DNA of 64,000 bases from an uncultured Gammaproteobacteria bacterium (GTDB lineage: Bacteria > Pseudomonadota > Gammaproteobacteria > Competibacterales > Competibacteraceae), in contig CAVRCC010000034.1 of assembly GCA_963719395.1 (NCBI GenBank), forward strand, positions 130,253 through 194,252. The letters run 5' to 3'. A program made the position numbers and the translations under genes. The first letter of the stretch is position 1. Each line of letters begins with the position of its first letter. This document shows positions 48,632-57,429 of this stretch, piece after piece. The notes under the pieces were generated by a model. That model was not told where the DNA came from and did no database searches. It worked only from the letters and a program-made list of their open reading frames with translations.

Positions 48632-49659
48632 AAACCATCGCGTTTTTTAACAACAAGGGAGGTGTTGGAAAAACCTCGCTGGTTTACCATCTCGCCTGGA
48701 TGTTCGCCGATCATGGAATTCCCACGCTGGCAGTCGATCTCGACCCGCAAGCCAACCTGACCTCGATGTTTCTCGACGAGGAGCGTCTAGAAGAATTGTG
48801 GCCCGACGACGAACATCCGCAAACAGTATACGGAGCCTTGCGTCCTATCCTCCGTGGTATCGGCGATATCGCCAAACCTTACGTAGAGCGGATTACCCCT
48901 TCTTTAGGGATGGTTCCGGGCGATCTTGGTCTCTCCCGCTTTGAAGATAAGCTGTCCGACGCTTGGCCCCGTTGTCATAATCGAGACGAGTCGGCCTTTC
49001 GGATTATGACAGCGTTTCATCGCCTCATCGAATCCGCCACGGAATGGGGGGCGGAAATGGCGCTGATTGACGTTGGCCCCAACCTCGGTGCCATCAACCG
49101 CTCGGCACTCATTGCCTCCGATCAGGTTTGTCTTCCTCTCGCTCCCGATCTATTTTCCTTGCAAGGACTAAAGAACCTGGGTCCGACCTTGCGTGAATGG
49201 CGTGATATTTGGGGCGGACTACTGACTAAAGCGCCTTCCGACTTACCAATGCCAAAAGGAGCCATGCAACCAGTCGGATACATCGTCATGCAACATGGCA
49301 TTCGTGATTCGAGGCCGGTTAAGGCTTATCAGCGTTGGATGGAACGAATTCCAGCGATTTATCGCACTGCTGTGCTGGATGAAAGGCCAGCTTCGAGGAT
49401 CCCGCCAGTCGACCAGGACCCGTACTCCCTAGCTTTGCTCAAACATTATCGCAGCTTGATGCCGCTGGCCATGGAAGCACGCAAGCCCATGTTCTTTCTC
49501 AAACCTGCCGATGGCGCCATTGGCGCTCACGTGGATGCTGTCAAGAGTTGCTACAAAGACTTCCAAAGCCTTGCCCAGCGAATTGCACAGAGTGCTGGCA
49601 TCGCCATGAGTGGCTATCAATCAACCATAACGTTCCCTCAAGCAATAACTTCTCCATGA
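48628..49659 (+). CDS. ParA/Soj-family ATPase
   Basis: FNNKGGVGKT, DLDPQANLT, LIDVGPNLGAINR and PDLFS motifs. Confidence 0.88.
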   Translation: MKTIAFFNNKGGVGKTSLVYHLAWMFADHGIPTLAVDLDPQANLTSMFLDEERLEELWPDDEHPQTVYGALRPILRGIGDIAKPYVERITPSLGMVPGDLGLSRFEDKLSDAWPRCHNRDESAFRIMTAFHRLIESATEWGAEMALIDVGPNLGAINRSALIASDQVCLPLAPDLFSLQGLKNLGPTLREWRDIWGGLLTKAPSDLPMPKGAMQPVGYIVMQHGIRDSRPVKAYQRWMERIPAIYRTAVLDERPASRIPPVDQDPYSLALLKHYRSLMPLAMEARKPMFFLKPADGAIGAHVDAVKSCYKDFQSLAQRIAQSAGIAMSGYQSTITFPQAITSP

Positions 49660-49665
49660 TAGTAA

Positions 49666-49760
49666 ACACCCGCGATGAGACCGAGATCGGCTATCTGCGG
49701 GCGATCAAGCAGGCGTTCGACCCGAACTGGATCATGAATCCGGGGAAGATTTTTGACTGA
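49666..49760 (+). repeat. 95-bp direct repeat copy 2 (orphan oxidoreductase 3' end)
   Basis: Encodes TRDETEIGYLRAIKQAFDPNWIMNPGKIFD*. Confidence 0.9.
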
Positions 49761-49870
49761 GAGGTTGTGAAAAAAGCCTCCAAAACTCTTGATCGACTGA
49801 AATTTTATTCAATGAATTTAGAAAGTTGCAAATAGTGAGATCGAGCAAAAGGTGATTTTTTCACAAGCTG
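49761..49870. mobile_element. MITE-like or IS-end remnant, about 110 bp
   Basis: Terminal inverted repeats AGGTTGTGAAAAAA and TTTTTTCACAAGCT around an AT-rich non-coding core. Confidence 0.5.
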
Positions 49871-49993
49871 ACCCAACCACCTCGCAACCCTGACCCTGTC
49901 AAACCAGCCGACGGGTCTGCCTCGTTCCGGCAAGCCCATGGTTGAGGGGGGTCATTACGCAGCAATCATCCATCTTGCAATAAGGGGAAAAGT

Positions 49994-50281
49994 ATGGCGC
50001 ATGAAGGGTATCACGAACCGATTGGAGAATTGTCGGATGCCACCCGCGATATGCATCGAGCCATCGTGTCGCTCATGGAAGAGCTGGAGGCGGTCGACTG
50101 GTACAACCAACGAGTAGATGCCTGCAAAGACAGCGAACTCAAGGCCATACTCGCTCATAACCGGGATGAAGAAAAAGAACATGCGGCGATGGTGCTGGAG
50201 TGGATCCGACGCAAAGATCCGACGTTCTCCAAGGAACTGAAGGATTATCTCTTTACGGAAAAGACCATCGCTCATGGGTGA
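49994..50281 (+). CDS. Encapsulated-ferritin-type (EncFtn/Flp) ferritin-like protein
   Basis: YHEP, HRAIVSLMEELEAVDWYNQR and HNRDEEKEHAAM motifs. Confidence 0.88.
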   Translation: MAHEGYHEPIGELSDATRDMHRAIVSLMEELEAVDWYNQRVDACKDSELKAILAHNRDEEKEHAAMVLEWIRRKDPTFSKELKDYLFTEKTIAHG

Positions 50282-50487
50282 AGACGCCTGACGGCGAGGT
50301 GGAGGGCACTGGAGTGGGCCGTGCCCGCTCCCACCCCATGCCCGTGAGATTGCCAACGATCAACGCAAGCGGCCGACAACCCGCAAGCGCAGCACCCTGC
50401 ATGTGCCGGCTTCGATTTCAATGGCTTGCCCGAGCGCTACTCCGATACAGCAGACGGGACGACCGCGATGGCAAATCCGCGCCGGTC

Positions 50488-51138
50488 CTACCGCGCCGTG
50501 AAATAAATATCGCCATACCAGGCGGTGGCGCTCTGGCCGCTGTTGTCGGTATCGGTCATCAGGGCCACGGCGTCGATCTGGCCGATGTCCTCGCCAAACA
50601 GTTGCCGGAAATCGGCGCGGATGTCGCGCTTTTCGCTAACCCAGCCGCCCGCCTCCTTCGTCCCCGAGCGCAACGCCATCACCCGAGCATTGCTGGTGAA
50701 AGCATTATTCCAGGTGGCGCCCACGGGCTGGCTGCTGGACCAGACATAGACCAGCGAGCGCGTCTTCCAGAACGCCGCGCCACCCGACGCCACCACGTAA
50801 ACCCGCGCTGGATAGTCGTCGCCGCTCTTGGTCCGCTCGTCCACGCCGGTCAGCGCCCGGTCCACCCGCCACGACCAGTTGAGCCAAGGCGTGCGGTTCA
50901 AATCCACCCGGATTTCCCGGTACAACCCCGAAGCCGCGCCTTGACTGTCGGCAAATAGCACGCGCCGGCCACCCTGCTCCACCAAGTCATAGCGGGTTTC
51001 GCCCTGGAAAGATTTGCCCTGCCAGTCCTTCAGGTCACCGGCGGAAAACCGGCCGATCACGACCTCCTCGCCAGCCGCCAGCGCCAAGGTTGTAAACACC
51101 AGCAGCGCCATTCCCCACATTGCTTTACTCGCTTTCAC
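50488..51138 (-). CDS. DUF3047 exported protein
   Basis: Signal peptide; PWLNWSWRV, KSGDDYPARVYV and MTDTDN motifs. Confidence 0.85.
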   Translation of the reverse strand: MKASKAMWGMALLVFTTLALAAGEEVVIGRFSAGDLKDWQGKSFQGETRYDLVEQGGRRVLFADSQGAASGLYREIRVDLNRTPWLNWSWRVDRALTGVDERTKSGDDYPARVYVVASGGAAFWKTRSLVYVWSSSQPVGATWNNAFTSNARVMALRSGTKEAGGWVSEKRDIRADFRQLFGEDIGQIDAVALMTDTDNSGQSATAWYGDIYFTAR

Positions 51139-52610
51139 CGCACCTCCTCCACCGGCTCGAACAACCGGTCCAGTAAATCCGCATCATCGAAGTGCCGCCG
51201 GCCGACAAAGGCCATGGCATGGCGGCCGCGCTCGCGCATGGCGCCCGGCGAAGGCACGCCCGTCGGCCACAGCAGCCAGCGTTCGGCCCGTTCGCTGCCG
51301 GCCACCAATCCATCGGGCCCGAACAGCCCCCGTGGCTGACCGTTCGCCACCGGAATGGCATACAGCGCCGCATAGTCCCGCCCGGCCAACCCCGTCACCG
51401 CACCCGGCCGATCTGCGTACACTCGCTGCAACTCGTGGCTGCCGGACGCCAGTCGAATCACGATTCTCTCGACCTCCTTCATCGCCGGCGCCGGTTGCAG
51501 AGCCAGCGGCGGTTCGGCCCATTGCGCCGTCTCCGCCCGCAGCCGCAGGGTCGGACCGGGAAACAGCAGGTGATAGCAACCGCAGGCGTGAATGCTGTCA
51601 TACAGCAGCGCTTGCCCCGACCGATTCAGCGTCACCCGCCACAGCACCCCGTCCAGCGGTCCGCCGAGGAGATCGAAGACTCCGACTTTCGGGCGAGCGG
51701 CGAACCAGATCAGATAGTTCAGTTGCAACAGCGGCTCGCCCCGCCAGCGGACATGGGAAAGATAGCGATAGACCACCGGCTCGGCGGGATCGACCGTTGG
51801 GATTCCATCCGCCCGCCAGTATGGCGCGCCGGGCCGGTCATCCTCGGTAAAGACATCGATTTCCCAAATCGGGGAGTGAATCGCGAACAGAGTTTCAGCT
51901 TGGGCTGGGGTCGGTGTGGGAATATCGAGCGCATCGTGGGAAACCGTTGCCAAATCGGCAACCACGGGCGGCATGGCCGGCCCGTAGCGGCGCAACGCAC
52001 CCCGCACCGGCAAATCCACCAACGGCCGGGCGAACCGCGCGCGGGTTTCCTCCTGATAGCGGTAGACGCCGAAATCCACCGGCAGCATTGTCAGTGGATA
52101 GAGTCCCAGCACCTGACTCACGGTATCGTAATCGTCCGGCGCCCTGGCTCGTTCCCGGATCAGCGCCAACCGGTCGGGATCGGTCAAATCCGCAGTCTGC
52201 AACACGCCGGCGCAGCGCGCCAAGGCGACGGGAATCTCCTCAGCGGGCGCGTGGCGGCGATTCAACGCGACCCTGACCGGGTCCGGCAGCGACGCCCACT
52301 CCATCCGCCGGGCTTCCTGGTCCAACGCGTTCAGCCGAGTCAGCCAGACGGTTGTTTCGGCCGGAGTCCAGCGCTGCTGGCGAAAACCGGCCAGGAACCG
52401 ATCCACCCGCAAGTACGGAAATCCGGCGATGCGCGCCGGCGCGGACGGCGCCGCGCCATGTTCGGCCACCGCCGCATCCAGTTCGCCATACAGCTCCAGG
52501 CAGCGGATCGCTGCGGGATCGGCGGCGGGCGGGCGGGGTGGATTCAGGGCGCAACCGGCCAACAGGACCGCCAGTCCCGCGCCTGCTGCCTCGCGCCACC
52601 CACGACTCAT
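51135..52610 (-). CDS. Hypothetical lipoprotein
   Basis: Lipobox LLAGC; DSIHACGCYH and PGAMRERGRHA conserved-looking motifs; start uncertain. Confidence 0.65.
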   Translation of the reverse strand: MSRGWREAAGAGLAVLLAGCALNPPRPPAADPAAIRCLELYGELDAAVAEHGAAPSAPARIAGFPYLRVDRFLAGFRQQRWTPAETTVWLTRLNALDQEARRMEWASLPDPVRVALNRRHAPAEEIPVALARCAGVLQTADLTDPDRLALIRERARAPDDYDTVSQVLGLYPLTMLPVDFGVYRYQEETRARFARPLVDLPVRGALRRYGPAMPPVVADLATVSHDALDIPTPTPAQAETLFAIHSPIWEIDVFTEDDRPGAPYWRADGIPTVDPAEPVVYRYLSHVRWRGEPLLQLNYLIWFAARPKVGVFDLLGGPLDGVLWRVTLNRSGQALLYDSIHACGCYHLLFPGPTLRLRAETAQWAEPPLALQPAPAMKEVERIVIRLASGSHELQRVYADRPGAVTGLAGRDYAALYAIPVANGQPRGLFGPDGLVAGSERAERWLLWPTGVPSPGAMRERGRHAMAFVGRRHFDDADLLDRLFEPVEEVR

Positions 52611-52747
52611 CACCCCACCTCTACGGTCAGCCATCCGTCATCAAAGACTGCCGAACCGCCCGGGCGTTCCCAATCGGCTGGATTCGCCAGCCGGGCGATG
52701 CTGGCGCCGGTTATAATCGCGGCATCGCCACAACCATGGGAGTCACC

Positions 52748-53833
52748 ATGCGCGTCTATCTGCTCTCGACGGCGGTCGCACCGCTGGGTTCCGGACGGGG
52801 CGGCGGCGTGGAACACATGGTGGTTACCGCCGCCCGCCAGCTTCACGACCTCGGCCATGCCACGCGGGTGATCGCGCCCGCGGGTTCCGTGGCCGACGCA
52901 CCGGACCTGCTCGCCTTGCCGGGCCGGCTGGCGCGGACCGCCGTAACGCCCGACTACGATGCATCGCTACCGCTCGAAGCCGACGCCTTCCTGGTCGGGG
53001 CGGTGCGCTGGCTGGCGGAGCAGGTCAAACCCGGCGACGCCATCTTGAACTTCTCCTACGACTGGCTGCCGCTGTTCGTCAGCGACCTCCTGCCCTGCCC
53101 GCTGGGCTCGTTCATCAGCATGGGGACGCTGAACCGTTCGCTGGACCTGGAAATCCGCCGCCTCGCCGCCTGTCATCCACACCGACTCGCCTTCCTGAGC
53201 GCCACCCAGGCCGCCAGTTTCGGCTTGACCGAGCCGGTCCGGCTAATCCCGCCGGGGCTGAACCTCGACCAGTACCGCTACAACGCCCATCCCCATCGCG
53301 ACTGCTGCTGGGTGGGACGGATCGCGCCGGAAAAGGGGCTGGAAGATGCATTCGCCTTCGCCGCCCACACCGGCACTCCAGTCACGGTGTTCGGCGTGAT
53401 GCAGGACCCGGCCTACTGGCGGACACTGGCGCAACGCCACCCCGGGTCGCCGGTTCTGTATGGCGGTTTCCTCCGAACGCCCGCGCTGGCCGACGCGGTG
53501 CGGGAGTTCCGGGCGCTGCTGATGACTCCGAAATGGTTGGAAGCCTTCGGCATCGCCGGCATCGAGGCGCTGGCCTGCGGTACGCCGATCATCGCCTACC
53601 GGCGCGGAGGAATCGGCGACTACGTTCGCGACGGCGAAACCGGCTGGTTGGTCGAACCGGACGACCTCGATGGTCTGGGCGCGGCGGCGGAACGGATCGG
53701 GCGGATCGAGCGGGCGACCTGCCGGGCGCTGGTGGAAAAGCGCTACACTTTGCCGCGATACGGCGCGGCGCTGGCGGACTGGTTGCGCGCCCTGACGGCG
53801 GGAACGACGGATTCAACGGGAGCGAGTGCATGA
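52748..53833 (+). CDS. GT4 glycosyltransferase resembling UDP-glucose:tetrahydrobiopterin (pteridine) glycosyltransferase
   Basis: STAVAPLGSGRGGGVE, NFSYDWLP, ISMG, WVGRIAPEKGLEDA and LMTPKWLEAFG resemble recalled motifs of cyanobacterial BGluT. Confidence 0.8.
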   Translation: MRVYLLSTAVAPLGSGRGGGVEHMVVTAARQLHDLGHATRVIAPAGSVADAPDLLALPGRLARTAVTPDYDASLPLEADAFLVGAVRWLAEQVKPGDAILNFSYDWLPLFVSDLLPCPLGSFISMGTLNRSLDLEIRRLAACHPHRLAFLSATQAASFGLTEPVRLIPPGLNLDQYRYNAHPHRDCCWVGRIAPEKGLEDAFAFAAHTGTPVTVFGVMQDPAYWRTLAQRHPGSPVLYGGFLRTPALADAVREFRALLMTPKWLEAFGIAGIEALACGTPIIAYRRGGIGDYVRDGETGWLVEPDDLDGLGAAAERIGRIERATCRALVEKRYTLPRYGAALADWLRALTAGTTDSTGASA

Positions 53834-54369
53834 CCGAACCCGACGGACGGCAAAGTTGGACCCTCCACATCCGCAAGGACAATCTCAAATTCTCGGCGGC
53901 GCACATGACCGTGTTCCCCGACGGCGGCAAGGAACGCCTGCACGGCCACAACTATCAGGTTCAACTGGATGTGGAACTGGCCGAACCGCCGGCGCTGGCG
54001 CGGATGCTCAGCTACGAGGTCTTCAAACGGGCGCTGCGCGCCGTCTGCGACGAGTGGGACGAAAAGGTGCTGATCGCTGGCGACAGCCCCTGGCTGGAAT
54101 GGCTGCCCGGCGCGGACGACGAACGCGCGTTCCGGCTGTGCGGCAAGCGCTACGTGCTGCCGGCCGACGAGGTGACGGTGCTGGCGGCCGACAACATCAC
54201 CGTCGAAAATCTGGCTCGACTGCTATTCGAACGGTTCTGGGCGGAACTGACCCGCGACCCCGCCCTGCCCTGGCGGGAGCAGATCCGGCGCGCGAACTTG
54301 CGGATCGACGAATCGCGCGGCCAAGGCGCCACTTACGGCATTGACATCGATCCAGACCCTCAAACATGA
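53830..54369 (+). CDS. 6-pyruvoyl-tetrahydropterin synthase family protein, PTPS-III-type (ExxHGH)
   Basis: FSAAH, KERLHGHNY and ITVENLA motifs; ATGA overlap with the GT4 gene. Confidence 0.82.
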   Translation: MTEPDGRQSWTLHIRKDNLKFSAAHMTVFPDGGKERLHGHNYQVQLDVELAEPPALARMLSYEVFKRALRAVCDEWDEKVLIAGDSPWLEWLPGADDERAFRLCGKRYVLPADEVTVLAADNITVENLARLLFERFWAELTRDPALPWREQIRRANLRIDESRGQGATYGIDIDPDPQT

Positions 54370-54412
54370 GTCAGCGATCCGATGATGGGCCGGCTCCCCG
54401 TAACGCGGACAT

Positions 54413-54443
54413 AAAAAAACCGCCAGCAAATCCGGCTGGCGGT
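54413..54443 (-). terminator. Rho-independent terminator
   Basis: 9-bp stem ACCGCCAGC/GCTGGCGGT followed by a T tract on the minus strand. Confidence 0.75.
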
Positions 54444-54581
54444 CAAGTACAGGATATTGAGCTTAAAACACGCTTCGCTGTGGAAACCAGCTCAAGCGGC
54501 GCTTAGTTAACGACAATCGAGCCTGCGGGTAAATCAGGAAGATTCTCAATTGAGTCATGGTTTTTACCTATATGAGCGCTA

Positions 54582-55115
54582 TCACGACTCTTCAGCGATG
54601 CGCACGAACATCGTCCCGCCGCAGATCGGACAGGGCGCGATGGCGGCGGGCGCGTGGAAGATCATCGGTTCGCCGCACTCCGCGCATTGCAGGGTACCGG
54701 GGCCAGTGATTTCGCCGCTGCGATACTCGATCAGTTCCGCGTCCGCCTCGGATCCCTCGAACGCTAGAAACTCCAGTCGCGACTGATCCACGCCGCGTTG
54801 GAAAAAGTCCAGCAGCCGGTCTTCGAGCAATTCCACATCGAAGCGCAGCCAGGCGCGCAGATCGCGGCCGGTGGTGGTCAGATACTGGCCCGCGTCCTCC
54901 AGATCGCGCTTGAGATAGCCGCCGATCAGCCGTGCTTCCTCGCGGGTCAATTCACCCAGTTCCACCGCTTTTTCCGCCGCGTGCTCGATGCTGGCGCGCA
55001 ACTGGGGCAAGGCCGCCTGTTCGGCCTGCTCCAACTCCTCCAGACGGAGCTTTACCCGCTCCATCATCCGGTCGTAAGCCTGAACCAGTGGGTTGCCGTG
55101 GGTCGGTTCGGTCAT
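54582..55115 (-). CDS. DUF1451-type zinc-ribbon protein
   Basis: AVELGELTREEA..YLKRDL; YRSGEITGPGTLQCAECG...CPICG. Confidence 0.8.
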   Translation of the reverse strand: MTEPTHGNPLVQAYDRMMERVKLRLEELEQAEQAALPQLRASIEHAAEKAVELGELTREEARLIGGYLKRDLEDAGQYLTTTGRDLRAWLRFDVELLEDRLLDFFQRGVDQSRLEFLAFEGSEADAELIEYRSGEITGPGTLQCAECGEPMIFHAPAAIAPCPICGGTMFVRIAEES

Positions 55116-55261
55116 CGCATTACTCCCCTGTCGCCGGTCGGTGGTTGCCCGTGAAGGGCGAGGTTGGCTCGGTTGCGCCATTCTAGTCGGGCTCGGCGCT
55201 AAAACCAAAAGCGGGCAGCGAAAACCGAACGGGCGCGATAGCCGGCGGAAACCGAAGCCGA

Positions 55262-55462
55262 TCAGGACAGGCGAAGATCGTCGGTGTCGTTCCAGCCGCG
55301 GGCGAGCGCCGCCCAACCCGCCACCCAGGCGTGGTAGAGATAGCTGTCCGGGACGTAGGGATTACGGTCGTCGCCCTGCGTGGCCGCTTCGACGCCCTGC
55401 CGGAAAGCCTGGCGCAGCAGTGGCGCCAGTTTTTTAGAACAATCAACGTTGCCGTACATCAT
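55262..55462 (-). CDS. Small Rmf/CrpP-like protein
   Basis: AFRQGVEAATQG..NPY....HAWVAGW resembles the RMF pattern. Confidence 0.45.
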   Translation of the reverse strand: MMYGNVDCSKKLAPLLRQAFRQGVEAATQGDDRNPYVPDSYLYHAWVAGWAALARGWNDTDDLRLS

Positions 55463-55531
55463 CCGTATTCGTAAGCCATGGTCGGTTGTTAGACCGCGCA
55501 AACCAGCCATGTTGTGCATCTGACAATAATT

Positions 55532-57292
55532 TTATTTTATTAGCAACTTTGTTGCTTGATTGCCATCGCTCTGCATCTGGTACAGACGCGCATACAGTCC
55601 GTTCCGGGCCAACAATTCGCTGTGCGTGCCGATCTCGGCGATGCAACCCTTGTCAAGCACCACGATACGATCGGCGTTCTCGATGGTGGACAACCGATGG
55701 GCGATGACGAAGGCGGTGCGGCCCTGGCGCAGCGTGTCCAGAGCCTGCTGGACCTTACGTTCGGACTGGGTGTCGAGCGCCGAGGTGGCCTCGTCCAGGA
55801 TCAGGATCGGCGCGTTCTTGAGCAGGGCGCGGGCGATGGCGATCCGCTGGCGCTGGCCACCCGACAGCCGGGCGCCGTTCTCGCCGATCAGGGTCGCGAA
55901 GCCTTCGGGTAACTCGCGGATGAAGGCCAAGGCGTGCGCGCTTTCGGCGGCTTGGATCAACTCGGCCTCGCTGGCTCGGCAGCCGGCCCCGTAGGCGATG
56001 TTGGCGGCCACGGTGTCGTTGAACAGCACGATGTCCTGACCGACGTAGGCGATGTTGGCGCGCAGATCGGCCAGCCGCAGCTCGCGGATCGGCACCCCAT
56101 CCAGTCGGATGTCGCCAGCCTCCGGTTCGTAAAAGCGCGGCAGCAGCGCCATGAGCGTGGTTTTGCCGCTGCCGGAAGGACCGACCAAGGCAATGGTTTC
56201 GCCCGGCCGCACCTCGAGGCTGAGGTTCTGGATCACTTCGGCGCCGTCGTCCCGGTAGCGGTGGCTGACGTGGTGGAAACTGACCTGACCTCGGGCGCGG
56301 CCGAGGGCGTGGGTGCCTTGATCCGGTTCTGGCGGCTCGTCCAACAACGCGAAGATGGTTTCCGCCGCCGCCAGTCCGCGCTGCAACTGCTCGTTAAGCT
56401 TGGTCAGCCGCTTGATCGGCGCCAGCAACATGGCCATCGCCCCGAACAACGACACGAAGCCACCGACGGTAATCTGGTCGGCGGCCGATTGCAGGGAAGC
56501 GAAATAGATGACCGCGCCCAAGGCCAGAATCGCCAGTAATTGCACCAGCGGTCCGCTGGCCTCGGAGGCGGCGACCAGCTTCATGCTAAAATGGCGAACC
56601 CGGTTGTTAACCCGGTGGAAACGCTCTCGCTCGTAGTCCTGCCCGCCGAAGATCTTGATGACCTTATGGCTTTGCAGCACTTCGTCGATGACGTGGGTCA
56701 GGTCGCCCATCAGGTTTTGCAATTCCCGGCTCAACCGCCGCAACCGCCGGCTGACCACGCGGACGATCATGGCGATGCCGGGCGCGATCAGGAACGCCAT
56801 CAGCGACAGCTTCCAGTTCAGATACAACATCCAGCCCAGCAGGCCGACGACCGCCAACCCATCCTTGACCAATGTCACCAGCGCCTGGGTGGTGGCGGTC
56901 ATCACCTGGCTGACATCGTAGGTCAGGCGGGACAGCAGACTGCCGGCGGAATGATCGTCGAAATAGCGGGTCGGCAGGGTGAGCAACCGGCCAAACAGGG
57001 CATCGCGCAGATCCATCACCACCCGGTGGGCGATCCAGTTCATCGCCACCGAACCGATGAAACCGGTCACGCCGCGCACGATGAACACCGCGACCAGCAA
57101 CAACGGCATCAAGCGGATGGTGGACGGATCTTTCTCGACGAAGCTGCCGTCCAGCAGGGGCTTGATCAAGGCCGGAATCATCGGCTCGGTCGCGGCGGCG
57201 GCGGCGGTGCCGAGCATCGACAGCGCGAAGATGCGGGTATACGGCCGGACGTATCGCAGCAGCCGGAGGTAAAGGTCCTTGCTATTCATCAT
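55532..57292 (-). CDS. msbA: Lipid A-core flippase MsbA
   Basis: TMD plus [17 protein letters not shown] and ILDEATSALD; divergent from hldE. Confidence 0.92.
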   Translation of the reverse strand: MMNSKDLYLRLLRYVRPYTRIFALSMLGTAAAAATEPMIPALIKPLLDGSFVEKDPSTIRLMPLLLVAVFIVRGVTGFIGSVAMNWIAHRVVMDLRDALFGRLLTLPTRYFDDHSAGSLLSRLTYDVSQVMTATTQALVTLVKDGLAVVGLLGWMLYLNWKLSLMAFLIAPGIAMIVRVVSRRLRRLSRELQNLMGDLTHVIDEVLQSHKVIKIFGGQDYERERFHRVNNRVRHFSMKLVAASEASGPLVQLLAILALGAVIYFASLQSAADQITVGGFVSLFGAMAMLLAPIKRLTKLNEQLQRGLAAAETIFALLDEPPEPDQGTHALGRARGQVSFHHVSHRYRDDGAEVIQNLSLEVRPGETIALVGPSGSGKTTLMALLPRFYEPEAGDIRLDGVPIRELRLADLRANIAYVGQDIVLFNDTVAANIAYGAGCRASEAELIQAAESAHALAFIRELPEGFATLIGENGARLSGGQRQRIAIARALLKNAPILILDEATSALDTQSERKVQQALDTLRQGRTAFVIAHRLSTIENADRIVVLDKGCIAEIGTHSELLARNGLYARLYQMQSDGNQATKLLIK

Positions 57293-57429
57293 CTTGGAAT
57301 GGCGGACAGGTGAGGGGCGAGGCGCGTGAGGGGCGAGGCGTCTTCAACGTCCGCCCGCCCCCCTCACTCCTTTGGCCTTGCCGCATCATGCTATCATGCC
57401 GTCATCGTGAAACAGTCCCCAATCAGTCG

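Noticed and set aside
48628-49659. Plasmid or chromosome partition locus
   Set aside because: No parB, parS or rep gene nearby; the gene sits in a two-gene island.
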